A model generated the notes under the pieces. The model was given only the letters and a program-made list of their open reading frames with translations, did not search any database and was not told the DNA's origin. DNA of 40,242 nt from assembly GCA_008369845.1 (NCBI GenBank), contig MRSU01011221.1, positions 1-40,242 on the forward strand. The letters run 5' to 3'. Source of the DNA: Trichomonas gallinae (taxonomy: Eukaryota). A program made the translations under genes and the position numbers. This document shows, piece by piece, positions 21,336-32,476 of the stretch (position 1 is the stretch's first letter; every line of letters starts with the position of its first letter).

Positions 21336-24300
21336 ATGAATACAGAAGAAACAGTTAGTCTTAACCCTCAGGAGGTTGAAGAGAAGTTCCTCAACCTTGT
21401 CTATGACATGGACTTTCCTGACGAACAGATCCAGACAATGCTAGAAATGTCTTTAGAAGACAAAATCGATTTTTTAGAAAGAGATGAAATAGCTGATCAA
21501 TCAGTTCCTAAGCCATCGTTCCATATAGAGAAATTACGAACATGTCCAACAGAAGAAACCATGAAAGGATTAAATGTTCTTCTCAGAACATGCAAAATTT
21601 CATGGATTAAGTCTTTTATTGCACAAGAAGGCCTTAAACTTATCATTGAGAGGCTAACAGAATTCCATCAAGAGTGTATTATGAGCATGCTCTCTCCATT
21701 GAGACTACAAATTTTAAGAGAGCTTGTAACAGCAATTAGAGCACTTGCTAACATCAGAGCTGCCAGAGATGAGTTTTTTGATCATCCAGAATACATAGGA
21801 CCAATCATTTCCGTATTTTATCCACAAGAAATTGAATTAATGACAGATTTGCTTGCTGTTTTAACAGTTTTCTCTACATCACCAAGTTTCCCAAGAATAG
21901 TTATTGACCATATCAACTCCCTAAGAAGACAAAGACTTTGTGGCTGGGATGTTGTAACAGATTTCCTCATTAACATCGAAAATCTCCCGCAGAATGGACT
22001 TTACCAGCCATTCCAGGTAGAGAAAATCTCCAAGGATGCTATTACAGCATTCTTTGCATTCATTGGCTCAGTTATTCACAATATTAACGAATTCAAGCCA
22101 TACTGCCAGCTTTTGATCGACCTCCACAGATCACAAGTTATAGCACACCTCAAATTACTCAAAGAATACCACGATGACACAAGATTTATTATTGAAGATT
22201 CTAGAATGCTCAAACAGATGTTTCCAAAGGAGCTTTTGAATCCATTTGATGTCAAGCAAGTCATAGATTTCGTCAACGAGTCTGTCGACGAAGACAGAAA
22301 GATGGCGATAAATTTACATCTTGCAAACTTGATCCAAACGTCTCCAGACAACGCTAACAGGGCATTCGAGTACATAGAGAACTTTCTTTTGATCTTCAGA
22401 CAACTCGTTGCCACAGGAAAAGGAAATAATCTCGAAGAAGCAGCTTATTTCTCTTTGCATCCATTCGATTACCCAGAATTAACACTTCCTCAGATCTTTG
22501 CTGATGTTTTCGACAAATACGGATTCTTGCCGAACAATCTTTTACAAGAAGTTCCGCTTCCCGAAGTTTTTGCTAATCGTGATGAGAATGAAACTGTTGC
22601 ATCTCTCAAGGTCCGCCTCCAGGGCGTCCAAGAAGAATTGAGCGTGTTGAGGGACTACGTGAAGAAGTCATCGCAGGAGAACATGAATTCGCAGAAGGAT
22701 TCAGAAGAGATAAAGAAGGTCATCGAAGACTTGAAGGAAAGAGCAATTCCTGAATCAGACAGAATCAAGAAACTCAAGACGAAAATCGATGAACAGAAGA
22801 AGGAATTAAGCGAGATGAAGAAGTTCAAGGATCAACACGAATCAAAGATGAAAGAAATCGAGAAACTCAAGAAGGAAATTAAAGACTTGAGAACGATGAG
22901 AAGATTGTCAGTCCACGAAGAACAACAAAAAGAAGAAAGCAATGTTCCTGCTTCTACATCTGCTCCTGTTCTTGCATCACCACCTCCACCACCTCCTCCA
23001 CCAACAGCCTGCCCACTTCCTCCACCACCTTTGCCAACAGGAAAGCGTCCTAAGAACAAGATGAGAGGCTTCTTCTGGACAAAGATCGCCGAGAATCAAG
23101 CGAAAGGATCTGTTTGGGATGATTTGTCTGACACAGAAATCGACACAGACAAGCTCGAAAAAGAGTTCACAATCAAGCCACCAGCACCTAAGTCATCAAT
23201 TTTAGTCGAGCAGAAGAAGGAAGCCTCTAAAATCGTTGAGTTATTTGATCCGAACAGATCCAGATCAATCAACATCATGCTTTCTAGAATCAAACTTTCA
23301 TTCGTCGACATCGCGATGGCAATTTCTCGCTTAACTTACAAAGACGTCTTCACAGAGGATCAGTTTGAGTCACTGTTTGCAACAAGACCTAAGCCGGAAG
23401 AAATTAAGTTGGTCTGCGATTACGATGGAGACAGGTCGATGCTTGGAGACCCAGAAAAGTTCTTCTTAGCTCTCTCGAGAGTCAACGACATTGATGTTCA
23501 CTTGCAGTTCATGAATTTAAGACACAACTTCAGCGAGATAATGCGCTCAATCTCTGAGCCTTTGTTCTCAATCAAATACGCTCTGTACGCGATCAAGACT
23601 TCTCCACGCTTGAGAAAAGTTTTGGCTGCAATCAGAACATTCGGAAATTTCATGAACCAAGGAACAATGAGAGGAGGAGCTGCTGGATTCAAGATCGGCA
23701 CACTTCCAACATTAATCGATATTAGAGGAACATCATCACCTGACGTAACATTCTTGAATGTTTTAGTTTCTTCTTTGATGAAGACCGATGAATCGATGCT
23801 CGCAGAAGACTTACAGGACATCGACAAGGCCGCTAAAATCGACATCGCGTTGGTCAAACAAGATCTCAATGATGTTAAGACACAGATGGTTGTCTTCAAG
23901 GATGCCAAGCAGCGCCTGAAGCAGTTCGTCGCTGATGGTGACTTATTCTATCCTAAGATGGAGGAATTCGAGCCAAACGCCGACCCACAGATCGAACGCG
24001 CATCACAGATGTTGGAGGAAGTCGAAGCGTTGTTCAAGGAATGCTTAGACTTCTTCTGCGAGAGCGAGAAGGACTACACAGTTATGTCTTTCATCGAAGT
24101 CTTCTCAACATTTGCCAGCCAGTTCGAAGAAGCTCGTGTTGCTGAGATGAAGAAGCTCGAATCTGCTCGCCAGAAGGAAATCAAGATAGCGAAGCAGGCG
24201 AAGGAGTCCAGATCAAGACAGCGCGGTGTCCTCGACGCAGACTTGGAGCGCGCAAGTGGACTCACAAAGAGCCAGGAAATGCTCATAAAGAAGAAGAATT

Positions 24301-24359
24301 CGAAGGGCAACAGACTCTCAATGAGACTTGCAAGCTGCTCAGTTTTCAAGCTTCAGTAA
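21336..24359 (+). CDS. Diaphanous-related formin (GBD/FH3, coiled coil, FH1, FH2, DAD-like)
   Basis: LRTCKISWIKSF (GBD), polyproline FH1 at about 22979-23036, FH2 motifs MRGFFWTKI, RSRSINIML and FGNFMNQG...AAGFKI, C-terminal RGVLDADLE. First ATG is 21336, preceded by an Inr TCATT. Confidence 0.93.
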   Translation: MNTEETVSLNPQEVEEKFLNLVYDMDFPDEQIQTMLEMSLEDKIDFLERDEIADQSVPKPSFHIEKLRTCPTEETMKGLNVLLRTCKISWIKSFIAQEGLKLIIERLTEFHQECIMSMLSPLRLQILRELVTAIRALANIRAARDEFFDHPEYIGPIISVFYPQEIELMTDLLAVLTVFSTSPSFPRIVIDHINSLRRQRLCGWDVVTDFLINIENLPQNGLYQPFQVEKISKDAITAFFAFIGSVIHNINEFKPYCQLLIDLHRSQVIAHLKLLKEYHDDTRFIIEDSRMLKQMFPKELLNPFDVKQVIDFVNESVDEDRKMAINLHLANLIQTSPDNANRAFEYIENFLLIFRQLVATGKGNNLEEAAYFSLHPFDYPELTLPQIFADVFDKYGFLPNNLLQEVPLPEVFANRDENETVASLKVRLQGVQEELSVLRDYVKKSSQENMNSQKDSEEIKKVIEDLKERAIPESDRIKKLKTKIDEQKKELSEMKKFKDQHESKMKEIEKLKKEIKDLRTMRRLSVHEEQQKEESNVPASTSAPVLASPPPPPPPPTACPLPPPPLPTGKRPKNKMRGFFWTKIAENQAKGSVWDDLSDTEIDTDKLEKEFTIKPPAPKSSILVEQKKEASKIVELFDPNRSRSINIMLSRIKLSFVDIAMAISRLTYKDVFTEDQFESLFATRPKPEEIKLVCDYDGDRSMLGDPEKFFLALSRVNDIDVHLQFMNLRHNFSEIMRSISEPLFSIKYALYAIKTSPRLRKVLAAIRTFGNFMNQGTMRGGAAGFKIGTLPTLIDIRGTSSPDVTFLNVLVSSLMKTDESMLAEDLQDIDKAAKIDIALVKQDLNDVKTQMVVFKDAKQRLKQFVADGDLFYPKMEEFEPNADPQIERASQMLEEVEALFKECLDFFCESEKDYTVMSFIEVFSTFASQFEEARVAEMKKLESARQKEIKIAKQAKESRSRQRGVLDADLERASGLTKSQEMLIKKKNSKGNRLSMRLASCSVFKLQ

Positions 24360-24792
24360 TTTTTATATTTTATTTTTGTTTTAGTCTAAACATGATATTT
24401 TTTTAACTTTATTATGACATCGCAGATGCCAAATGCTAATAATAACAAACACGAAATTTATTGATGCTCAATTCAATAATGATTAAGCACTCTATTGATT
24501 AATGCATTTCCAAGAAATATCTTCATGAAAAAAATATGACTAACATATTTCATGAAATATGTGAAAATCAAAAATGCTCTTATTAGTCAATTCTAGTTAA
24601 CATTTATTTCCATTGATATGTGTTAAAAAAACAGCCCTGCAAAATAGTGAAAGAACTGAAAGCTGTTGTTATCCTGGATAATTTCATTCATGATATCAAA
24701 ATGTTCTAAATAAATCACGATGAGAATAAAAATGAGTGTATTTTAATAAGAATAAAAAATGGTTGATTACGAAAACCATAAATATAAAAACT

Positions 24793-26781
24793 TTAGTGCC
24801 TGGATGATGGTGCCCTAATCTTCTTCAAGAAATCAACGCTCGAAAAGTCGAAGGGCTCGGCCGGGAAAGGAATCTTTTCCGGCATTGCGTCGAACTGCTT
24901 CTTAAGCTGGCAGTGATAGTTCTTCATTGCTGGAACGTGGGCAGCATCAATATACCCCTCGTTGATCTTGAACTGCTTAAGCTTAGCAATCAAGTAAGCA
25001 GTTGCTTGGTAAGCGCAGAAGCCTTCTTCAGCGATATCATGCTGCGGGCAGATTCTGAGTGCGCTGACCGAGGCTGTGATAATGCTCAGGAGCTCTGTGA
25101 CTGCGTCGTGGCAGATTGGCGGTTGTCCTGGTGGTGGTGGATTGGCCTTGTTCGCAATCATGAATTTGCCGAGAGCAAAGTTGCCTTCGAACTGTGGGTA
25201 GTTGGCGGAGAAGATTTTATGTGCCTCCAAGAGAGCTGAAAGCTCTTTGTGTGCTGGAATTGGCATGTACTGTGAAATGCGTACTGCTCTTTCGCCACTT
25301 GCGTGAAGAATTGCGAGAATGAATGGAACTGATATTGTTGGAGCAACGTTGTTGATTGAGTAAAGAGCGGAAGAAAGCTGAGAATCGTTCATTGCTAATA
25401 ATTCCTTGATAAGATTTTCTCTGTCGTTCTCGATTCTTGATGTATCTAATGTCGAAACGTTTGCTGACAAATCAATCATCGCTGGAGCCTCCACTGGCTT
25501 CTGCGGCTCACTCACATCAATAAGCTGTGAGTTTTGAGCAACAGGAGCTGGCTGATATTGTTGTTGCTGTGGTTGCTGCTGTTGTGGAGCTCCAAAATTC
25601 AAGAAAACTGGCTGAGAAGCAGACTGCTGGAAGTTCTGGAACGAATTCTGTGGTTTCTGCTGATTCATGAACGGATTGAATGCTGTACTTGAGCTTGGAG
25701 AGCCAATTGGCGAAGATCCACCACTTGGTGGTCTGCAAGCGTTCATTTGCGTATTCTGTATTTGCATTCTTGGGTCGAATTCCTCCTGTGGAGCCTGATA
25801 ACTTTGATTTTGATATGTTTGGACTGGTTCCGGCTCAGGTTCTGGACGTCTGCGTGATGATGACGACATTCTCCATTTCTGGTCAACTAAGTCTGGGAAT
25901 TCTTCAGCTAAAGCTCCTAATACTTCTCTGACTGTTGGACGCTTCTCTGGATCAGACACGAAGCACATCTCGACGATCTTCTTGATCTTTGGATGAACAT
26001 TGCGGTCTGTAGGCCATCTATAGTTGCAATTCAAGATTTGCAAGTTCGAACCGTCAGGGAAAGCGTCTTTGAATGTCGCTAACTTGAATAATATGCCACC
26101 GATAGCCCAAACATCGGACTTAAAGTTGATTACCTGGCGTCTATACAAATCACACATCTCGGGGCTCCTATAGTTAGGTGTAGTGTTCCTTTGGATGTCG
26201 TCTGTTGCTTCATTCCTCTCAGAGGTTGTCTCCAATTTATAGACACGTGTTGTTGCCGATCCAAAGTCGCATAATTTATATTTGCCTTCGTTGTAAAGAA
26301 TGTTTTCGACTTTAAGATCTCTGTGGATAATTGGCGGGTTCAATTCATGCATATAATTGACCGCCTCGCAGACCTGTGAAAATATTTCGACGATTTTTGG
26401 AACAGAAAATCCTTGGTTGAAGCAAGAATTCATTTCTTTGATGCACTCGCTCTGGCAGAACTCCATAAGGATCAAAGTCTGACGAGTACGTGGCTCTGTC
26501 TGCATTCCAAAAACTTTTACAACATTTGGATGCATGCAGCACTTTTGTTGGATCTCGAATTCTTTCTCAATTAATTGGAGGTGCTCTTTATCAGGCGCCT
26601 GGAGACATTTCAAGGCATATGTCCTGCCGTAGTTTCCAGATGCTCTATAAATACTTCCGTAGCCACCCTCCGCGATTTTCTCTTCTACAGTTATGGTGTT
26701 CCCGCCGATCATCATGGTCTGCCCTGTAAGTCCGGACTGCCCAGTGACGACATTCGCCGCTTTATGAAGAAAGGCTTTCAT
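24793..26781 (-). CDS. NAK (Ark1/Prk1/AAK1/GAK) family Ser/Thr kinase with Q/P-rich linker and C-terminal helical domain
   Basis: IAEGGYG, YALK, PPIIHRDLKVENIL, KLCDFGSAT, TTPNYRSPEM, KSDVWAIG; NPF motif in the linker. Confidence 0.92.
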   Translation of the reverse strand: MKAFLHKAANVVTGQSGLTGQTMMIGGNTITVEEKIAEGGYGSIYRASGNYGRTYALKCLQAPDKEHLQLIEKEFEIQQKCCMHPNVVKVFGMQTEPRTRQTLILMEFCQSECIKEMNSCFNQGFSVPKIVEIFSQVCEAVNYMHELNPPIIHRDLKVENILYNEGKYKLCDFGSATTRVYKLETTSERNEATDDIQRNTTPNYRSPEMCDLYRRQVINFKSDVWAIGGILFKLATFKDAFPDGSNLQILNCNYRWPTDRNVHPKIKKIVEMCFVSDPEKRPTVREVLGALAEEFPDLVDQKWRMSSSSRRRPEPEPEPVQTYQNQSYQAPQEEFDPRMQIQNTQMNACRPPSGGSSPIGSPSSSTAFNPFMNQQKPQNSFQNFQQSASQPVFLNFGAPQQQQPQQQQYQPAPVAQNSQLIDVSEPQKPVEAPAMIDLSANVSTLDTSRIENDRENLIKELLAMNDSQLSSALYSINNVAPTISVPFILAILHASGERAVRISQYMPIPAHKELSALLEAHKIFSANYPQFEGNFALGKFMIANKANPPPPGQPPICHDAVTELLSIITASVSALRICPQHDIAEEGFCAYQATAYLIAKLKQFKINEGYIDAAHVPAMKNYHCQLKKQFDAMPEKIPFPAEPFDFSSVDFLKKIRAPSSRH

Positions 26782-28301
26782 TTCTATTCAACTTGTCACT
26801 TTTGTATTTAATCGTTTTTTATTTTCTGACAACTTTACAAAAAATAATTTTCTAAAAAGTGGCAATATTCAATAGTTTACAAAACTCAGCCCATTTACAA
26901 AAACTAACCATTTCCATGATTTATTATTATACAACAATTTTTTACTTCGCTTAATAAATTTTGCCAGCGTTTAAAATTTATTAAGGAAATTGAAGCATTC
27001 GTTACTATAATTAAAGTGTATCATAATACCTATTTATAAAAATATGATTTTGAACAAATGTTATAAGGTTAATTAAGGAAATGGTTATAATTATTATATA
27101 TTCAAGATGTATTTTCTAAATTTGATTTATCCATCGTATAAACTAAAATAATTTCGACCATTCAATTTTGAACGTATTCTAAAATGTTGATTATTCTCAC
27201 AAGTTTAGGTTATATTAAATTTTAGTTATCTCTCATAATTTTAGTAGAATAATAATTATTGCCATTTTTGAGAGTTGTTCAAAACTTTAAATATATTTCT
27301 TTACGTTATTATATAATATTTAATGAATGGTTTAAAAATACAAATTACTGCCACTTTTGAGAGTTGGCTTAAAGTAGTTATATCATTCTTATTGATTTTA
27401 AAACAACAAAAAATTAATTCTGACATTTTTGTGAACGAAATTTGACAATGACAGAAGTCAAATTTCATAAATAGATGCATAACCAATAAATAAAGCAAAA
27501 TTAGGTTTTACACTTTATCTGAAATTGGCAAATATAAAACTCGGAAATGATAAATCTAAAACATTCACGGCATTATATGCATAGTTTCCCTATGAAATAT
27601 TTACGAAATCAAGTGGCCGACTAAAATACAAAAAACGAGAAAATGAAGTGGAAATTTCATAAAAAATATGACAGTCCTATATATCCATTACAGACTTCTA
27701 ATCCATTATATATTCTCCTATATAAGCATCTTATTCTAATATTGATCGAATTACATAACTATTTACTTTAATATTAGATCTACATCATTTTTTTTATTGA
27801 CGTTCTCAGTAACTTGAACTAAAATTAACTATATAATACCGGTGGATTCCAGCATGCAATTTAGATCAAGATATGATATAATTTTGCAAAATCATTGACA
27901 AATACTGAAAATTGCTCAATGAATGATGTAATTTTGTAGCTTTTTTCGAAAACATAGCGATTTAAAGTGTGTGTATATTTCATTAAACATTTATGATGTT
28001 ATATTTGTCTGCATTTTTGCATTTTTATTCATTGATACTTGTTTTCGGATACTTTTAATTTTCAACTTTAATAAACTCAACAAAACGACGTTTATTTGTA
28101 TTTAAATTAACTATGTAAACATAGATAACATTAGCAATAGACTTGAGAGTGATTTGCTGAAAATGAAATTTTATCAAATTTTGAAAAGTTGTTTTCCAAA
28201 CTCACAAATGCTGAATTATAAATTAATAGACGAAATGAATTGAATATATTGCAGGATAGGGTCGAAATAGATGATATTTTCGATATGTGATATAGATAGT
28301 T

Positions 28302-28883
28302 TTATAAATCAGCAAGAACAGCACGATAATCATAGATATATTTGACACCAGAGAAGGCTGTCATGAATGTAGCAATAGAAAACAGAACAACACCAATCTT
28401 GTGAAGGATATTAAGTGTATAATCGTCTAAAAACCCTGGATAATCCTTCACAAAAGTGAACCAGACGAGAAGGATGATTGTAGAGACCATTTGGATGACC
28501 GTCTTAAGCTTGCCAGCTTTTTCAGCTGCAATAACGACTGATCTTGTAGCAGCAACAGCTCTGAGGGCAGTGATCATGAATTCTCTGAGCAATATCAGTA
28601 TAATTAAGAACAAAGTCCAATGTGGAACAATATTCATCAAAAGCATTGTAATGAAAACACCGATCATAAAGATCTTATCTGTAACAGCATCGACGAAGGC
28701 ACCCAATGATGTGACAACTTTGAGTCTTCTCGCCATATATCCATCCAACCAATCTGTCCATGCGCCAAAAATGAAGATTGCTGTAGCTATTGTCGCCGAA
28801 TACTTACTCTTTGAGTATAAGAATCCAACGAGAATGAATAGCATTGGTATACGACTAAGTGTGATTGCGTTAGGAATCCTCAT
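28302..28883 (-). CDS. pgsA: CDP-diacylglycerol--glycerol-3-phosphate 3-phosphatidyltransferase (bacterial PgsA-like CDP-alcohol phosphotransferase)
   Basis: MRIPNAITLSRI, signature TDWLDGYMARR...GAFVDAVTDK, REFMITALR, AAEKAGKLKTVIQM; 193 aa with no N-terminal extension. Confidence 0.85.
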   Translation of the reverse strand: MRIPNAITLSRIPMLFILVGFLYSKSKYSATIATAIFIFGAWTDWLDGYMARRLKVVTSLGAFVDAVTDKIFMIGVFITMLLMNIVPHWTLFLIILILLREFMITALRAVAATRSVVIAAEKAGKLKTVIQMVSTIILLVWFTFVKDYPGFLDDYTLNILHKIGVVLFSIATFMTAFSGVKYIYDYRAVLADL

Positions 28884-30286
28884 TTAAAAATTTTTGTCAG
28901 AAATTTTTTATCCAACAATTGAATTAATATATGAAAGGAATGAAAAATTGAAGAACCTAATGACAACTCAATTAATAAACGTGTCATTGTAAACACCTCA
29001 AAATTTGAATCAAATTAATTTCGTTTTATTTTTTCTTCAAAATATTACTCTATTGTTGATAATAAAATATATAATTATAAAATGCATTTATGAATTGAAT
29101 AGAAAATACGGTTTTCAAATAATTTATTATGAAATCCTTTTAGATGAATGGTAACTAATTTGGCATCAAATAATTTCAATTAACCCATCATTTCTTTTTC
29201 AATCCAGACCTCAATACAGACCTGAACACCACATAAATTCGTTGCTTTTTAGTAGTGCAGTTTAGTTTTTATGTTTACTGGGCTTTTTTTCTTATTCATG
29301 GTAATCAAATTTTTGTTTGAACATGTTTCTCGGAGAATCTGATATAGAACAATATTAAACACAATATTTTTAAGTATTTTGGATAAATGGATTCAAAGAT
29401 TTCGTTTGTGAATTTTTGATTCAAAAGATTTGAACCATAAACAATTGAATTTGGTTATAGATATGTCTATGCTTCATATAGAGCATTTTTGTTCGGTAGA
29501 TTTCATGAATTAAATCTAATTATATGACAGATTCAAATTCTAGTTCGATGATGTTTTATATTTTGAGTCGTTTATTAGCTTGAAATCAGCTGCAAAACGT
29601 CAATGTGTTGTAATCTGCATTGAGATTTTATGAATCCTTTCATAAAAAATCAATTCATTTCAATTTCTCCACATGATAATTATCATAAGCGGCGAAGTGA
29701 TAATTCACATTAACACAAACTGACAATGTTATTTATGATGAGGATGATTGTTAACTATTCATATTTGATTCTTTGATTTTGAAATATGAAACAATTCATT
29801 TGACCCCTATAGTGAAATTCAAGAAAACTTGATAATTTACAATATTATACCATGCAAATGAGACAAACGCAATTTCGTATTTTCGCAATCGAAGATAGCA
29901 TCGATTTAACTAATTCACAACGTAACATGCATTACTCAGTGGCAAATTAAATAATATTCAAATGCCATTTCTCATTTAATCGCATTATTGTCAAATAAAT
30001 TCATTTTTTCACTGAAAAATCATGCTAATTAACCATTCTCATTAAATTATATGCATATACACATATCAAATAGATCATCCTACAACTTTACATTATGATC
30101 TCTGTAAATTATCAAAATTCATATTAAAAATCATATAATAGAAGCTAATTCATTTTAAGATATACTTATATATCAAGATTTATCAACGATTAAATGATTA
30201 ATTAATGATAAAATCATATATTTTGTATTTTAATAAAATATTATGAAAATCTTTATATATATCGACAGCAATAATCATAATAAAAA

Positions 30287-31870
30287 TTAATGGCCAAGGC
30301 GAGACAAAACAGAGTCACAGAATCCATTCTTTCCCTGTTTCGCGATGAGCTTCTTCACGCGAGCTTCATCGAACTGGATGTTGTTTCTCCTGAAGATGTT
30401 GCAAAGATCTTCAGCGTTTCTGGCCCTTCCTGTCAACTGCTCGAAGTCACGTCCGTTGAACTGAGAAGCGATGTCTTCGATAGTCTGGTCGTCTTCAGTC
30501 ATCTTCCTTGCCGAAGGCTGGAATGAGCTCTTTGGCCTCTGGTTCTGCTCCTTTCCGACATTTGTTCCGTCGCCCATCATCTTGACGAAGCCAGTGAGGC
30601 TGAGCTCGCCACCATATCTGGCAAGGATCTCTTCGACGACAGCGAGTGGAGGATTGTAGTCGCAGTCCCTCTGCAGACCTTTGCATAAGTCCGCAGCTGT
30701 TAATCTCGTGTTGTAGCCTTTCCACTTGTTGAAAGCTGCTGATGAGTTTCCGATGTTCTCTGTGACTTTAGCAGATATCTTTGCAAGAACATCATCAGCA
30801 TTTCCACCCATGACTTGTGGACGTGTTTCGCCGACAGGAAGAGATCTGCGCTGCGGAGATTCTCCGAATATGTTGCTCTCTTCCATTGCTGCCCTTCTCT
30901 GTCTTGGTGCTGCTCCCAAGTCGTTTCCGAATCCGATTGATGACTGATAAGCACCTTTGCGCGGTTGGTCATCGTAGCGCGAGTTTGTATCTGATAAAGA
31001 GATGTTTTCCTCAGGTGGAGGCCTGATGCTGACTCTTGGTGCTGGATTCTCGTTTGCATAGGAATTCTTTGGCGGTTCGTAGCTGCTCTGGTAGTTCTGG
31101 CCGTAGCTTGGGGCTGGTGTGAATGAAGCGGCAGATGCTGAGCAGATTTTAGCAGCAACAGAGAAGTATTGGATTAATCCTGTGTAAGAAGGGTCTCCCA
31201 TCTGAAGAATCTTGTTGAATCCTGGTGTGGACTCGAATATGCCGAGTTTTGCGCATATATCAATGAATGCGTTCTTTGAAACTTCTCCAGTAATAAGTGA
31301 ATCTTTCGACATGCAGCTGATGATGATGTCTCTGAGGTTCTCATGGATAAGATCATCTGCATTTCCGCCGAAATTAGGCTGTGGAGCTCCAAATCTGTCA
31401 CCACCGAAGTTATCTTGATTAAATCTGTCACCTCCGAATCTGTCGCCGCCATAGTTGTCGCGTCCGAACCTGTCATCAGAATAGCGGTCGGTTCCACCGT
31501 TTCCGTAAGATGGAGGATTATAATTGCTATTTGGAGATTCGTAGGTACTTGAAGGCTGCTCGTAGGCTGATCTGGATGGAGCTGGTGCTGAGCTTAAAAC
31601 TGGCTCGAAATCATCAACATCTGTTTGCATGAATTTCAAAAAGTCAGTAAATTTCATATCGCTTCCACCCAAAATTGAGTTCCAGATGACATCCATGTCA
31701 TTGTCCTTGAATTGAACGTTGTACTTCTTCATCTTGTCTGCAAATTCAGAACAAGACATGGAGCCGCTGTAGCAAAACGAGGCCCACCTGTTCTTGTTTG
31801 TTGAGCCAAGGCCACGGATTTTGTCCTGCACGCGGAGTAAGAGGTCCCTGTAGTACTGCCTGTTCGACAT
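30287..31870 (-). CDS. Protein with degenerate EF-hand-like domains and low-complexity linkers
   Basis: SGSMSCSEF, MKFTDFLKFM, TGEVSKNAF, DPSYTGLIQY, GELSLTGFVKMM; GC-rich codon usage. Confidence 0.7.
   Translation of the reverse strand: MSNRQYYRDLLLRVQDKIRGLGSTNKNRWASFCYSGSMSCSEFADKMKKYNVQFKDNDMDVIWNSILGGSDMKFTDFLKFMQTDVDDFEPVLSSAPAPSRSAYEQPSSTYESPNSNYNPPSYGNGGTDRYSDDRFGRDNYGGDRFGGDRFNQDNFGGDRFGAPQPNFGGNADDLIHENLRDIIISCMSKDSLITGEVSKNAFIDICAKLGIFESTPGFNKILQMGDPSYTGLIQYFSVAAKICSASAASFTPAPSYGQNYQSSYEPPKNSYANENPAPRVSIRPPPEENISLSDTNSRYDDQPRKGAYQSSIGFGNDLGAAPRQRRAAMEESNIFGESPQRRSLPVGETRPQVMGGNADDVLAKISAKVTENIGNSSAAFNKWKGYNTRLTAADLCKGLQRDCDYNPPLAVVEEILARYGGELSLTGFVKMMGDGTNVGKEQNQRPKSSFQPSARKMTEDDQTIEDIASQFNGRDFEQLTGRARNAEDLCNIFRRNNIQFDEARVKKLIAKQGKNGFCDSVLSRLGH
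31388..31500 (-). repeat. Intragenic pentapeptide repeat (GGDRF / xDNY / xDNF)
   Basis: GGTDRYSDDRFGRDNYGGDRFGGDRFNQDNFGGDRFG; 15-bp periodicity. Confidence 0.75.
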
Positions 31871-32476
31871 TTTTGAAATGTTTACTTAGGAAAATTTTCG
31901 ATTTCTGATATTTCCTCAATTCTATATCCTATAATGAGTCTAAAAATAGCAAAATCTTTTTCGCGAACGTTTAAAAATATTTTTTCTTTCAATTAAGGTT
32001 ATTTTTGTGAGAGCGTCAAATTTTCCATTATAATTGTTTCTTCTATTTCTTTTGATCTATAACATCACTAAAAGCTAAATAATCTAATTTTTCAATATTG
32101 CATGACCTTAATCATGTATCAAAATTTTCAAAATATTTTCGAAAATGATATTAACTTTTTAACTAATAGACTATGTTTCTATAAGAATTAAATGACTGCT
32201 TTTCTCGCCTTTTAAAAGGTCTATTCAACTTTTTTGATAAAATAATATTTTCATTTTAGCAGTTGCAAATCATTTGAGGGATGTATTTTGCTGGAGCAGT
32301 TATAACTATGGTTCAATTCACTGTTGAATTTTTAAAATAAAAAATATTTTTCTAATTTCAACAAAAGTGATAATAATTTGGCTGCCAAAATCAAATTTTC
32401 TCTAATTAGAATATGTTAAAAGAACAAAAAGTATAGATATGGTTTCTGACAACCATTATATTAACCTTATATCAAA

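Noticed and set aside
5982..26781. Apparent functional cluster of trafficking and actin genes (TH1, syntaxin, BBS4, C2, formin, NAK)
   Set aside because: These families are highly expanded in trichomonads, the genes are interspersed with unrelated ones on both strands, and there is no evidence of co-regulation.
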